Notes under the pieces: model-generated
The model's input: the letters and a program-made list of their open reading frames with translations, nothing else
Databases searched by the model: none
Told to the model about the DNA's origin: nothing
Shown: positions 19,299 to 28,590 of the stretch, one piece after another
How positions within the stretch are numbered: the stretch's first letter is position 1
How the letters are laid out: every line of letters begins with the position of its first letter
Virus record (IMG/VR): IMGVR_UViG_3300010376_000060
Span: 1 to 44,431 of that record
Origin: a virus
Lineage: Duplodnaviria > Caudoviricetes
Reading direction: 5' to 3' (one strand)
DNA: 44,431 nt
Made by a program: the position numbers and the translations under genes

Positions 19299-19790
19299 AT
19301 GGCTGCCGTACCCGTTGAGTTCACAGGTCTAATGTACGACCTGACAGGTAGGACGCAACAGCGCGTCTACATGCAGGGTAAGATGAACATCTACGGACTA
19401 TCGGTTGGTGGTGGACCGATTGTACCACCGGATGAAGTACCGCCTGGACAGCCGCCTGGTATCTGGGGACCAACCGATCCACGTCCTACGCCACCGATAC
19501 ACATGCCGCAACCACCCGGTATCTGGGGGCCTACTGATCCACGACCGACACCGCCTATTCACTTGCCACCAGTGCATCCGGGTGATCCGCCGCTAGTAAT
19601 CTGGGGGCCGAATGACCCGCGTCCGACACCACCGATATATCTACCGCCCGCGCCACCTGATGTATCGCCCGCACCGCCCGACATTGCGATTAAGCCGCCG
19701 CCTGCTGAGGGCGGTTGGGCGTATGTTTCGCCGTGGGGTTGGGGTTACTTCCCCAAGGAAGGCGATTCGGGGCCGAAGCACGGAAGGTAA
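19299..19790 (+). CDS. Proline-rich protein with IWGP(T/N)DPRPTPPI repeats
   Basis: AAGGAG RBS; three repeats. Confidence 0.85.
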   Translation: MAAVPVEFTGLMYDLTGRTQQRVYMQGKMNIYGLSVGGGPIVPPDEVPPGQPPGIWGPTDPRPTPPIHMPQPPGIWGPTDPRPTPPIHLPPVHPGDPPLVIWGPNDPRPTPPIYLPPAPPDVSPAPPDIAIKPPPAEGGWAYVSPWGWGYFPKEGDSGPKHGR

Positions 19791-19795
19791 GTAGC

Positions 19796-19981
19796 GTGTC
19801 CCCCGTAGAGTTGATACGTGGTACCGTTGACGCTCTACGGGGGAATCCGTTGGTGCTTGGTCTACTGCTGATTAACGTAGTGTTCGCGCTGGCGGGTCTA
19901 ACGTATCTACGCACCGAGCAACGGCAGATGGACCGGATGATCGAATTGTTCGCCAACTGTGGAGGCATACATGCCCCTTAA
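19796..19981 (+). CDS. Small single-TM membrane protein (holin-like candidate)
   Basis: GTG start after AAGG; PLVLGLLLINVVFALAGLTYL segment. Confidence 0.6.
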   Translation: MSPVELIRGTVDALRGNPLVLGLLLINVVFALAGLTYLRTEQRQMDRMIELFANCGGIHAP

Positions 19982-20150
19982 GAGTGGAAGCGATCAAGCG
20001 ACAGTCTCCAAGAATATCAGTGAGATGATCGCATCAGGCTATCCGCAGAAGCAGGCGGTTGCTGCTTCGTTGAACAATGCGCGTCGTACTGGTGGTGGCA
20101 ACGCACCGCCTCCACAACGCCCACCAGCAGGGAAGCCGAAGGGCAAATGA
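19971..20150 (+). CDS. Small basic phage protein (MPLKSG..SKNI..PQKQAVAA)
   Basis: GGAGG RBS; motif resembles a recurrent small phage protein of unknown function. Confidence 0.75.
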   Translation: MPLKSGSDQATVSKNISEMIASGYPQKQAVAASLNNARRTGGGNAPPPQRPPAGKPKGK

Positions 20151-20335
20151 TTGAGCTACTAGTTTCACTGCTGATCGTTCTGATAGTATTTGGGATCATC
20201 TACTACATCCTGACGCTGATCCCACTGCCGCCGCCATTCGGTGCGATCGCACAAGCGGTCCTGCTGCTGATCCTGCTTCTGGTGGTGGTAGCGTACTTGC
20301 TACCGGCAGCGCTACATAGGCCGCTGTTACCATGA
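20147..20335 (+). CDS. Two-TM membrane protein (holin candidate)
   Basis: Two hydrophobic helices separated by IPLPPPF; ATGA overlaps. Confidence 0.75.
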   Translation: MIELLVSLLIVLIVFGIIYYILTLIPLPPPFGAIAQAVLLLILLLVVVAYLLPAALHRPLLP

Positions 20336-20829
20336 AGCTTAGTCGCGTTACTGAGGCGAACCTAGTTCACTGCGTGCAACTAGCCAACGAGCTTGTTGAC
20401 GGTAGCGCTTTCGCGCGCAACGGCATCGACTTCGATTGGGACTTCGCCATGGAGCAGGGGCACGCGACGCTCTACGACGATGACTACTACTCGTGCATAG
20501 CGCAGCAGGACGACGATAGCTACGTGGGCTTCGTACTCGGTAGCGTGCAGCCGTTCTACTTCAACCGCAAGCTCATCGGTATCGAGGATGCGTGGTACGT
20601 ACGACCGGGCACGCGGGAGCGCACGAAGATTGCTATGGCTCTAATGCGCGGCTTCATGCGATGGTGCATGGAGACTAAGGGCGCGGTGCATGTGCAGTGC
20701 GCCGACACTGCTTCCTCGCTACCGCTTGCGGTTGATCGACTCTATCGGCACATGGGATTCAAGCGATACGGGGCAGTCTACGCGTTTGATGGGAGTGGCA
20801 CTGATGTTCACGCCGGGTGGGCAGATTGA
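20332..20829 (+). CDS. GNAT-fold acyltransferase-like protein 1
   Basis: VGFVLG, WYVRP..R....A..LM, RLYRHMGF. Confidence 0.75.
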   Translation: MKLSRVTEANLVHCVQLANELVDGSAFARNGIDFDWDFAMEQGHATLYDDDYYSCIAQQDDDSYVGFVLGSVQPFYFNRKLIGIEDAWYVRPGTRERTKIAMALMRGFMRWCMETKGAVHVQCADTASSLPLAVDRLYRHMGFKRYGAVYAFDGSGTDVHAGWAD

Positions 20830-21874
20830 TCTGCTGACGTTTGCTGGCTTACGCGGTGGAGGGCACAAGTCGCAGCCACCGATGCCGTCGCCTACGTACA
20901 CTGATCCAGTGAGCGGTAAGACGTTCAGCACGACTGCTGATCTAAACACAGAGATCGACCGAAGGACAGCCGATGCCAAAGCAGCAAGTGACGCAGCGGC
21001 TGCGGCAGCAGCGCAGAAGGCAGCGCAGGATGAAGCGGATTTCCAGACTCGCAAAGGAACGGCAGTTTCGTCAGCTACGCAGCAAACAGAACAAGCTTTC
21101 AGAGATGCAGGCGTAGACCCATCGGCGTATGAATCGACCTACATTCAGCCTAACATCCAGCGATACACGAATACGATACAAGACCTCGACACCAATCCGC
21201 AGGGCGCGTTCCCAACGTCGCTTGGGCAGGATATCGTCAACCAAGCGCTCACAGCCGGACGCACGGCTGCAAGCAACAAGATGAGCGCTGCATTCTCACC
21301 GACCTATACGACAACCGCGCTACCCGACACGTCGATTGACCCGCTCGTTAGCCAGATAGTCAGCGACCAGTTCGATCCGCTGTCTGCGCAGCTTGAAAAT
21401 GCGCATATGCGCGGGACACTAACAGATACGGGATACGCGGCTGCGACCAGCATGCTTAACCAGAAGAAGCAGGCAGCAACCGATAGCGTGCGCTCGATGG
21501 GCATGGGAGTGCTCGGCACGGAGCGCAGCAATCTGGGCGATTACATCACCGGAGCGAAGAACGCAGCGGCTAACTTGAGCCTTGGCGATACAGCCAACTT
21601 CTCCACCGATCCATACACTACACAAGCGAGCACGATGGTTGGCAGCGATCTCAGCGGGCTTGCGGGCGCGATACGCAACCAAGTAGGTAGCACGCAGTTC
21701 GCTGATCTACCGACGCTACTAACAGCAGGTGGCGTAGTGCAGGGAGCAAGCAATCCCGCAGTCACTAATCCTGCTGCTGGTGGCGGCGCTGGTGGTGGTG
21801 GGCTCGTCACTAACCTCGGCAACACGATCCTTAACACGCAGCGACGCGGACTCGGGACCACGGGCGCATTCTGA
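20804..21874 (+). CDS. Probable internal virion / ejection protein
   Basis: GGGAG RBS before ATG 20804; Ala/Thr/Gln/Gly-rich helical protein. Confidence 0.65.
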   Translation: MFTPGGQIDLLTFAGLRGGGHKSQPPMPSPTYTDPVSGKTFSTTADLNTEIDRRTADAKAASDAAAAAAAQKAAQDEADFQTRKGTAVSSATQQTEQAFRDAGVDPSAYESTYIQPNIQRYTNTIQDLDTNPQGAFPTSLGQDIVNQALTAGRTAASNKMSAAFSPTYTTTALPDTSIDPLVSQIVSDQFDPLSAQLENAHMRGTLTDTGYAAATSMLNQKKQAATDSVRSMGMGVLGTERSNLGDYITGAKNAAANLSLGDTANFSTDPYTTQASTMVGSDLSGLAGAIRNQVGSTQFADLPTLLTAGGVVQGASNPAVTNPAAGGGAGGGGLVTNLGNTILNTQRRGLGTTGAF

Positions 21875-22338
21875 TGGCTACGCTACTTGCTATCGAGGAG
21901 ATTCGCATTGAGGACTACTTTGGCGCGATGGATTACATCGTGCATCACTACTACGCGGTTGGTGGTCACAAAGTGGCTGGCTTGCAGCCGCCGATTGATA
22001 TCGCATGGGACAAGTTGCAGCGGCTTGAGGAAGAAGGGCACACGCTGACGGTCGGTGCAATCGATGATGTTAGCCTCATTGGCTTCGTACTCTATCTGAT
22101 CATCAACCACCTGCATCATCAGACGGTCAAGATCGCGCTATGTGACATACTCGCGGTGTCGCCAAACCACCGGGGTAGGGGAATTGGGCGCGCGCTGATG
22201 AAGCACGCAGAGCCATTACTTTGTAATGAGGGCGTGAAGCAAGTGGCTCATGGCTTCCGCACATGTTACGATGAGGAGCCGTTGTTCCCCAAGCTCGGCT
22301 ACCGGCTGATCGAACAGACTTACGCCAAGGAGCTATGA
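21874..22338 (+). CDS. GNAT acetyltransferase-like protein 2
   Basis: Acetyl-CoA motif A LAVSPNHRGRGIGRALM; LFPKLGY. Confidence 0.88.
   Translation: MATLLAIEEIRIEDYFGAMDYIVHHYYAVGGHKVAGLQPPIDIAWDKLQRLEEEGHTLTVGAIDDVSLIGFVLYLIINHLHHQTVKIALCDILAVSPNHRGRGIGRALMKHAEPLLCNEGVKQVAHGFRTCYDEEPLFPKLGYRLIEQTYAKEL
22215..22227. promoter_or_regulatory. Intragenic variant site ATTACTTTGTAAT
   Basis: Reverse complement of the 44376 copy; flanks GAGCC/GAG match the 28574 copy. Confidence 0.5.
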
Positions 22339-22339
22339 G

Positions 22340-23413
22340 ATGGCGTTTACTCTAGGCGCAGCAGGTATCAGCGCACTTGGTGGTATCGCTGGTGGCTTGC
22401 TTGGTCGTGGTGGTGCGCAGGCGGCAGCGGATGAGAAAGCTGCGTATGATCGCGCTGCACTGCTCAACGCGATGGCGCAGCAGGGCGTCAGCAATCAACT
22501 CGCGACGCAGGGACTCGCGCGCTCTACTGCTGGCTACACCGACAGCATGGGAAATCAGTATAGCTACGATCCCGGCAGCAACACGTGGCGAATGACCATG
22601 GGCGCGCTGCCTGCCGAAGTACAGCGCGCGATGTACGGCGCTGCGATCCAGCGCAACGTAACCGACATGGCGAATGCGGCACTAGCGAATGAAATACAGA
22701 TGCGCACTGGCGTATCCGCGCAGCCGGGTGTCGATGCAGCGCGCGCTGCTGTAGCTAATGTGCAGCCGGTCGATCCATCGACGCTGACGCAACTGATGAC
22801 GCGCAACATCATCAATGCGACAAACGCGACGCAACAACCGATTCTCAGCGGTATGTTGTCGCAAGGTGTGCGCACGGGGACCGGAATGGGTACCCAATTG
22901 GCCGACTACAGCAGGCAACAGGCGCAGAATGTGCGCGATGCGATCTCGCAGGCAACGATACAAGGGATGACGGGTGCCGGTGAAGCATCCAGTGCGCGGC
23001 TCGCACCATACATGACTAAGCTACAAGCGTCAGGTGCAATCGGGCCATCGCCTAATATACAGACGCCCGGTATCGCCTCGACTGATCCTAATGCGCAGTT
23101 GCTTAGCGCGATGACGCAACGCGAGACATCCGCTGGGCAATTACCGTTCTACGGGCAATCGGGCGCATCGAGCGCAGGGACCGGAGTTACTACGGCTGCT
23201 GGTCTAGCGGCGGGTGGTGTACCGCCGAGTACAACAGGCACCGACATTACGAGCGTTACCGGCCAGATTGCTGATTTGCTGAAGAACAAGGACTTGACGA
23301 GCAAGATCAGTAGTTGGTTCGGTGGTAGCGGTGATGGCAGTCCCTCTACAATAACTAACGCATTTGGAGTTCCTACATCCACTAGAAGCTTCGACTACAA
23401 GATGAGTTATTAA
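22340..23413 (+). CDS. Probable ejection protein (P22 gp7-like character)
   Basis: Gly/Ala hydrophobic N-terminus LGAAGISALGGIAGGLLG, then helical AQAAA; AAGGAG RBS. Confidence 0.65.
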   Translation: MAFTLGAAGISALGGIAGGLLGRGGAQAAADEKAAYDRAALLNAMAQQGVSNQLATQGLARSTAGYTDSMGNQYSYDPGSNTWRMTMGALPAEVQRAMYGAAIQRNVTDMANAALANEIQMRTGVSAQPGVDAARAAVANVQPVDPSTLTQLMTRNIINATNATQQPILSGMLSQGVRTGTGMGTQLADYSRQQAQNVRDAISQATIQGMTGAGEASSARLAPYMTKLQASGAIGPSPNIQTPGIASTDPNAQLLSAMTQRETSAGQLPFYGQSGASSAGTGVTTAAGLAAGGVPPSTTGTDITSVTGQIADLLKNKDLTSKISSWFGGSGDGSPSTITNAFGVPTSTRSFDYKMSY

Positions 23414-23424
23414 GGAGCTAACCG

Positions 23425-24420
23425 ATGGCTGGCATGTCAAGCATGGCGTTCCAGGGGATCAATCCACGGATCGTTGATCCGTATCCGATTGAAACCAATC
23501 TCGCTGATATGATCGCCAACCCGTCAACGACGGGTGTTGGGCTGCCGCTACTCAACTTGTATCGCGCAGACCGCGACGTGCAGAGCCGGAACTACATGGA
23601 CCAACTGAACCTACAGCACCAGTTGGCGATGCAGCAAATGGGCGCTTACATGGCGACCGAAGGCGCGCGATCGCTGCCTGAGTTGCAGAAGGCGGGGCTG
23701 CTTGGCGCTGCATCGCGGAACCCGCTGTTCGCGCCATTCTATCAGGGGATGGACCCGAACGATATCAGTGCTATTGGCAACCTCGGCATCCAGATGCAAC
23801 GCGGTGAGATCGCGAAGAACATACAGCAGGCATCGCAGGCGGGCGCGGAAGCGGGGACGCCGTTTTCACCTGCTACAGTATCATCGGTATCTGGGCTACC
23901 GACGACAGCGGGCGATCCGCTTGCGTTAGCGAAGGAGCGTATTGCAGCGGCAGGGCGTGTAGCAGCAGCAGGCGTCGGGCTGGATCGTGCAACGATCACG
24001 TCGCCTGATGATTATGGAACCACGGTATCTGCGAAGGTGCCGTTTAGTCAGATACCATCAGCGCTCAATACGATAAACACGATAACGGGTAGAAGCACGG
24101 GAGCAACGAGCAACAGAGCACCGATAGGTGTCGGTAGCACCATACCACCGCCAGCAGGAAGCACATCAGCGCCACCAGTATCACCAGCAGCGGCATCGGG
24201 ATCAGCACGTGGACAGACATCGATACCACCGGATGTAATTGGTAAGGGACAGCAGGCGTTTGCTAACCTCCGTGCTGGAGCCAACGCAGGCGACGCTAAC
24301 GCGAAGGCTGCATACAACGACATTGCGTCAGTTGCCAAGTCGGGTCAAGCACTCGTGCAGCAGAACTCCGATGGTAGCTATTCGGTTGTTGGTAAGACGC
24401 GAACCTACAAGTTGCAGTAA
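23425..24420 (+). CDS. Probable ejection protein
   Basis: TAAGGAG RBS; Gln/Ala-rich; position. Confidence 0.6.
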   Translation: MAGMSSMAFQGINPRIVDPYPIETNLADMIANPSTTGVGLPLLNLYRADRDVQSRNYMDQLNLQHQLAMQQMGAYMATEGARSLPELQKAGLLGAASRNPLFAPFYQGMDPNDISAIGNLGIQMQRGEIAKNIQQASQAGAEAGTPFSPATVSSVSGLPTTAGDPLALAKERIAAAGRVAAAGVGLDRATITSPDDYGTTVSAKVPFSQIPSALNTINTITGRSTGATSNRAPIGVGSTIPPPAGSTSAPPVSPAAASGSARGQTSIPPDVIGKGQQAFANLRAGANAGDANAKAAYNDIASVAKSGQALVQQNSDGSYSVVGKTRTYKLQ

Positions 24421-27400
24421 TGCCTGACTACGGCGTAGACATACCGGACATCACGCAGCCGCCGCCTACAGGCGATGCGCCGTTTTCGCTTGGCCGCACA
24501 GCGTTGCAGGCGATGGCATGGGGACCGGGTATATGGAGCAACGTCGTAACGCCACCGGAGTACGAGAACGCGCCGTGGTATGAGCGGCTGTGGCATAGCG
24601 GCGCGGTACAGAACTTGTATCAAGGGACCGTTGGCCTGCCGTCAACGATACTCAATGCGGCACAGGCGATCCCCGATCCGATGGAGTTGATGCATCTACC
24701 ATCAACTAGGATACAGTCACCGGACGGATCGACGTGGACACCGGTTCCCTATCCGCTACAGGAGCAGAACCTAGCTGACATAGAAGCAACCAAGCGCAAG
24801 GCGGAAGCTGAGATGAGCATTCCGCCGCCGCAGAACCCAACTGAGAAGATAATCAACGACGCAGCTTATACCATGGGCACGCTGGTTAATCCAGCGGCTG
24901 TGATCAAGCTGCCGGGTGTAATCGGCAATCTGCTTCACTTTGCTGCGCCACCAGCAAGAGTGTTGCCGAAGGTTGCGCCGCTCGTTGGTGGATTAACAGC
25001 AACACTCGATTCCGCAATCGCTGGCCTCGATCCGACGGGATTCAAGCAAGAAATCATCCATGACATCACGTCGCGCGGTAACCCGAGTGCAGACGCAGCG
25101 CCAGTGCCGCCGCCAGCAGCCCAATCGACACCGCAGGGAACGGCGGGACCGCCGACGCAACCAGCGCCATCGGCAGCGACGAACTACGGCGTTGATCTCT
25201 CATCGCCAGTAACCGTTGCAACCAACACCGCAGCACCATCGCTATCGCAGTATGGCATTGCCGATGATACGACCGATGCATCAGGTGTACCCGATTTCAG
25301 CCAATCGCAAGGCAACACAGGTTGGGATTGGAGCAAGCTTGGCCTCAGCACGTTGCTTGGCCTCGGCACATTTGCTGGCCTCGTGCATGGTGGCAAGAGC
25401 ATCGCTACACTAGCTGATAGGCTCGGTATACTAGATCGAGCAAAGCAATCGGTTGCTGATGCCAATGCACGCGTTGAAGGGCTGAACGATCCTACGAAGC
25501 CAGCAACGAATGTTGGCGAAGTGCCGATGCCAAGCAGCGGATTGCAGAAGGTGCTACCGCTTAGCGAGGCGGCGACATCATTCCGACAGGACTGGTTAGA
25601 TAAGGGCGCTGTGCTGAAGCGGCTCAACGATTCACTTGCTGAAACGAACCAAGCCAATCCGTCGTTCGGCGCATCGCTGAACATGACGAACGACATGGCG
25701 ATGAATACCAAAATCGAACAGCAGATGAAGAGTCCTACGTCGGTATTCACTGGCAATACCATTACGCCGGCAACCGACTATCTGGACGTGCTCAAGTCGA
25801 TGACGCCTGATGAACGTCAGTTATACAATACGCGCGCGTGGTATGCAGATGAGTTGGATAACAGGGTAATACGCGCGTCGCAAGGACGCGATCCCAAGCT
25901 CAACTACACCAACATCGAGACTAACGGATACACCGACCCGACGACCGGCCAGTATGTCAAGGGACTGACCGACTACATCGCCGATGCCGACGCTAATCCA
26001 AAGGTCAAAGCAGCGGATCAACTAGCGAAGAAGATATTCGTTCAGGATCAAATCAAGGAAGCCGTAACTGACGGGAGACTAACTGCGGCGCAAGGAGCAG
26101 ATATACAGAGGACGCGACCCAATTGGGCACCGCAGATAGACGCGACAGGTAATGTAGGTCCGTCGTACGCACTCCGCGACGTTAGCGGTACAGGCACCAA
26201 CGAGATACCGGGCAACGTGTGGGATGCATACGCGCAGAGCTACGCGAACAACTACAAGGATATCGCGAGAAACAGCGTGAACCGCGATATCGTGCAGCGG
26301 CAATTCGCTGCGCAGCAAGCTGACCCAATGCGTGAGAAGATATTCAGCGAGAGTAAGGATGCAGACGGCAATTGGCAAGTTCCATCAACCGGACACCATG
26401 TGACAATCTACACGCCAGAGGGCGCGAAGATATTCCGTATACACAATACCGATGTAGCTAACGCGTTGAAGGGACCGCCTGCGTTGCAAAGCGCATGGCT
26501 GGGTGGCGCTAATCGACTACGCAAGATGGTGCAGTCGGGAACCACTGGACCACTCGCCATGTTGGGCGGTCGATTCTTCGCACTCACGCATCCGGTGCGT
26601 ATGGCAGCGATGATCCCTGTAGTTCGACAGCAAGGGATGTACGCAGGCTACATTGATCGCGCCTTGCAGCAAATTGGATTCACACCGGGATTGCGCGGCG
26701 ATCCAACGGCTTATCTGAATACGATCAACTCCGCTGTCCGTGGTATAGGTGCGGTGTTCGCTAAGAACATTGGTGAAGTCCTCAGCCCAGGAGGCGGCAG
26801 TGCGTTCAATCGCACGCTGCGCGGTTTAACTAGCGATCAATACGTCAATCAATTGAGCGCGCGGTTTAATGCGCTGCATGATAATAGCATCTTAGCTGAG
26901 AGTCGATTGCAGGGTATCGGTGGTTCGGGAGCACACGGCGCTACTGAAGCACAGAGCAACCTGACTGATATGCCGAAGCACGTCTACACGCCATGGCGTC
27001 GATATGCAGAGGAGTTGTTCCCTGGTGCGACGGTGCGCTATGCACCCGGTCCACTTAAGGGTACCGCAATGACTGCGATACGGACCAAGAACATGGTCCA
27101 CGATATATTCAATGTGTTGGCTGATGCAGCGCACGATAGCTACTATCGACTGAATCGCGGGCAAGTGGCTGCTGGAACGCTAACGCCGGAGCAACTTGCG
27201 TCGAATGTACGCGGCGTTACGGGTGATCCTGGGATAGCAGGCTCAGGCTCATGGGCGCGTGGGGCTGCTTCGCTGTTTCCTTATAGCAATATGTCGCTAC
27301 AAGGCACTGCATCGCTATTCCGCGCACTTAAGGAAGCGCCAATTGGCACGTCGATGGGGCTGTCGCTGACGCTTGGTACAGCGGCACTTGCTGAGATATA

Positions 27401-28571
27401 CAGCGCGATGTTCCATGGTAAGGACACGGTGAACTATCTCGCCAATGGGCTGTCAACGAGACAACGCGGTGCGGGCGTCAACATCTTCCATAGTAATGAT
27501 CCAACCGATCGCACCGAGATATCGCTGCCGCAGGAATTGCGTCCGTTCTACCCGGTGATGCTTGAACTCGCGTCGCATCTCGTTGGCGCGTTTACTCACG
27601 AGCCGGGCGATCAGGGGTACGAGCGAACGCTACATACGCTTGGTGACTTCCTACATACGCCGGTCTCTTACAGCACAATGACCTCGACGGTTCACTCGCT
27701 CGGTGATTTGTTCAACATCTACCAACCGCCTCCTCCACTCAACGCGGTTACAGCGGCACTCGGCAATCAGACCTACGACGCGAATCTCGATACGATCGCG
27801 CTTAATGCAATTGAAGGGCGACCACTATACACAGGTCTGGCGCACGACGTTACACCGAAGACAGCGCTTCCTAATCAGCCGCTACCGAGTAACTATTTCT
27901 CGAAGAACGATGAGGCGTCGGGCAAAGCGCTCATTAGCAATCTATTCGGTATCGCTGGCGAAGCGGTAAACAACATGCTCGCGTTCAGGGATCGCTACAA
28001 GGCAACGGGTGATGCTGGCTACGCATTCAGCCAACTAGCGGGTGACATCGGGCAGAACATCAAGGACACCAACCCGATGTTAGGGGGTGTATGGAACAAC
28101 AACCTAGCGATACCGCAGAGTTCGCCGCTTGTGGAGCGTGTACGCAAGGAGCTTGCCGACTTGCAGCGGACGGCTGGTGCTACAACTGCACTCGCTGAAC
28201 AGGGGTTAACACGCAAAGGCGGGCAACCGGTTGTCGAGCCACCGGGTGACCTACGGGTGCCGACCGATCCCGTGATGCGCGACATGTTCATACGGTCGCA
28301 GCGGTCGAACGACTTCATCCGTAGCAAGCTGCTACCACCCATACAGGATATTGAGAAGCAGATATATGCGGTGCAGCGCGGACCAATGGCAGCCGCTGAT
28401 AAGCGCAACGCGATCAACGCGTTGACTGCTGATATGTATAGTCGCTACCAGACGATCGATGCGCACTTGACTAACCTCAATGACATAATGTCGAACCTAG
28501 CTGGCACGCACGTTCCGCGCAGTGGAATCGATTGGACCCGTGGACCCGAGCAATTCCACCAGATGCCGTGA
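24420..28571 (+). CDS. Large internal virion / ejection protein (1383 aa)
   Basis: Largest and last gene of the structural arm; helical, with hydrophobic segments. Confidence 0.7.
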   Translation: MPDYGVDIPDITQPPPTGDAPFSLGRTALQAMAWGPGIWSNVVTPPEYENAPWYERLWHSGAVQNLYQGTVGLPSTILNAAQAIPDPMELMHLPSTRIQSPDGSTWTPVPYPLQEQNLADIEATKRKAEAEMSIPPPQNPTEKIINDAAYTMGTLVNPAAVIKLPGVIGNLLHFAAPPARVLPKVAPLVGGLTATLDSAIAGLDPTGFKQEIIHDITSRGNPSADAAPVPPPAAQSTPQGTAGPPTQPAPSAATNYGVDLSSPVTVATNTAAPSLSQYGIADDTTDASGVPDFSQSQGNTGWDWSKLGLSTLLGLGTFAGLVHGGKSIATLADRLGILDRAKQSVADANARVEGLNDPTKPATNVGEVPMPSSGLQKVLPLSEAATSFRQDWLDKGAVLKRLNDSLAETNQANPSFGASLNMTNDMAMNTKIEQQMKSPTSVFTGNTITPATDYLDVLKSMTPDERQLYNTRAWYADELDNRVIRASQGRDPKLNYTNIETNGYTDPTTGQYVKGLTDYIADADANPKVKAADQLAKKIFVQDQIKEAVTDGRLTAAQGADIQRTRPNWAPQIDATGNVGPSYALRDVSGTGTNEIPGNVWDAYAQSYANNYKDIARNSVNRDIVQRQFAAQQADPMREKIFSESKDADGNWQVPSTGHHVTIYTPEGAKIFRIHNTDVANALKGPPALQSAWLGGANRLRKMVQSGTTGPLAMLGGRFFALTHPVRMAAMIPVVRQQGMYAGYIDRALQQIGFTPGLRGDPTAYLNTINSAVRGIGAVFAKNIGEVLSPGGGSAFNRTLRGLTSDQYVNQLSARFNALHDNSILAESRLQGIGGSGAHGATEAQSNLTDMPKHVYTPWRRYAEELFPGATVRYAPGPLKGTAMTAIRTKNMVHDIFNVLADAAHDSYYRLNRGQVAAGTLTPEQLASNVRGVTGDPGIAGSGSWARGAASLFPYSNMSLQGTASLFRALKEAPIGTSMGLSLTLGTAALAEIYSAMFHGKDTVNYLANGLSTRQRGAGVNIFHSNDPTDRTEISLPQELRPFYPVMLELASHLVGAFTHEPGDQGYERTLHTLGDFLHTPVSYSTMTSTVHSLGDLFNIYQPPPPLNAVTAALGNQTYDANLDTIALNAIEGRPLYTGLAHDVTPKTALPNQPLPSNYFSKNDEASGKALISNLFGIAGEAVNNMLAFRDRYKATGDAGYAFSQLAGDIGQNIKDTNPMLGGVWNNNLAIPQSSPLVERVRKELADLQRTAGATTALAEQGLTRKGGQPVVEPPGDLRVPTDPVMRDMFIRSQRSNDFIRSKLLPPIQDIEKQIYAVQRGPMAAADKRNAINALTADMYSRYQTIDAHLTNLNDIMSNLAGTHVPRSGIDWTRGPEQFHQMP

Positions 28572-28573
28572 GC

Positions 28574-28588
28574 CATTACAATGTAATG
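28574..28588. promoter_or_regulatory. Perfect palindrome CATTACA-A-TGTAATG at the arm convergence
   Basis: Occupies most of the 19-bp gap between convergent stop codons. Confidence 0.75.
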
Positions 28589-28590
28589 AG

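Noticed and set aside
18319-19324. Long antisense ORFs (also 2773-3447, 3757-4416, 16858-17583, 33798-34523)
   Set aside because: Shadows of real genes in GC-rich DNA, with no recognisable motifs
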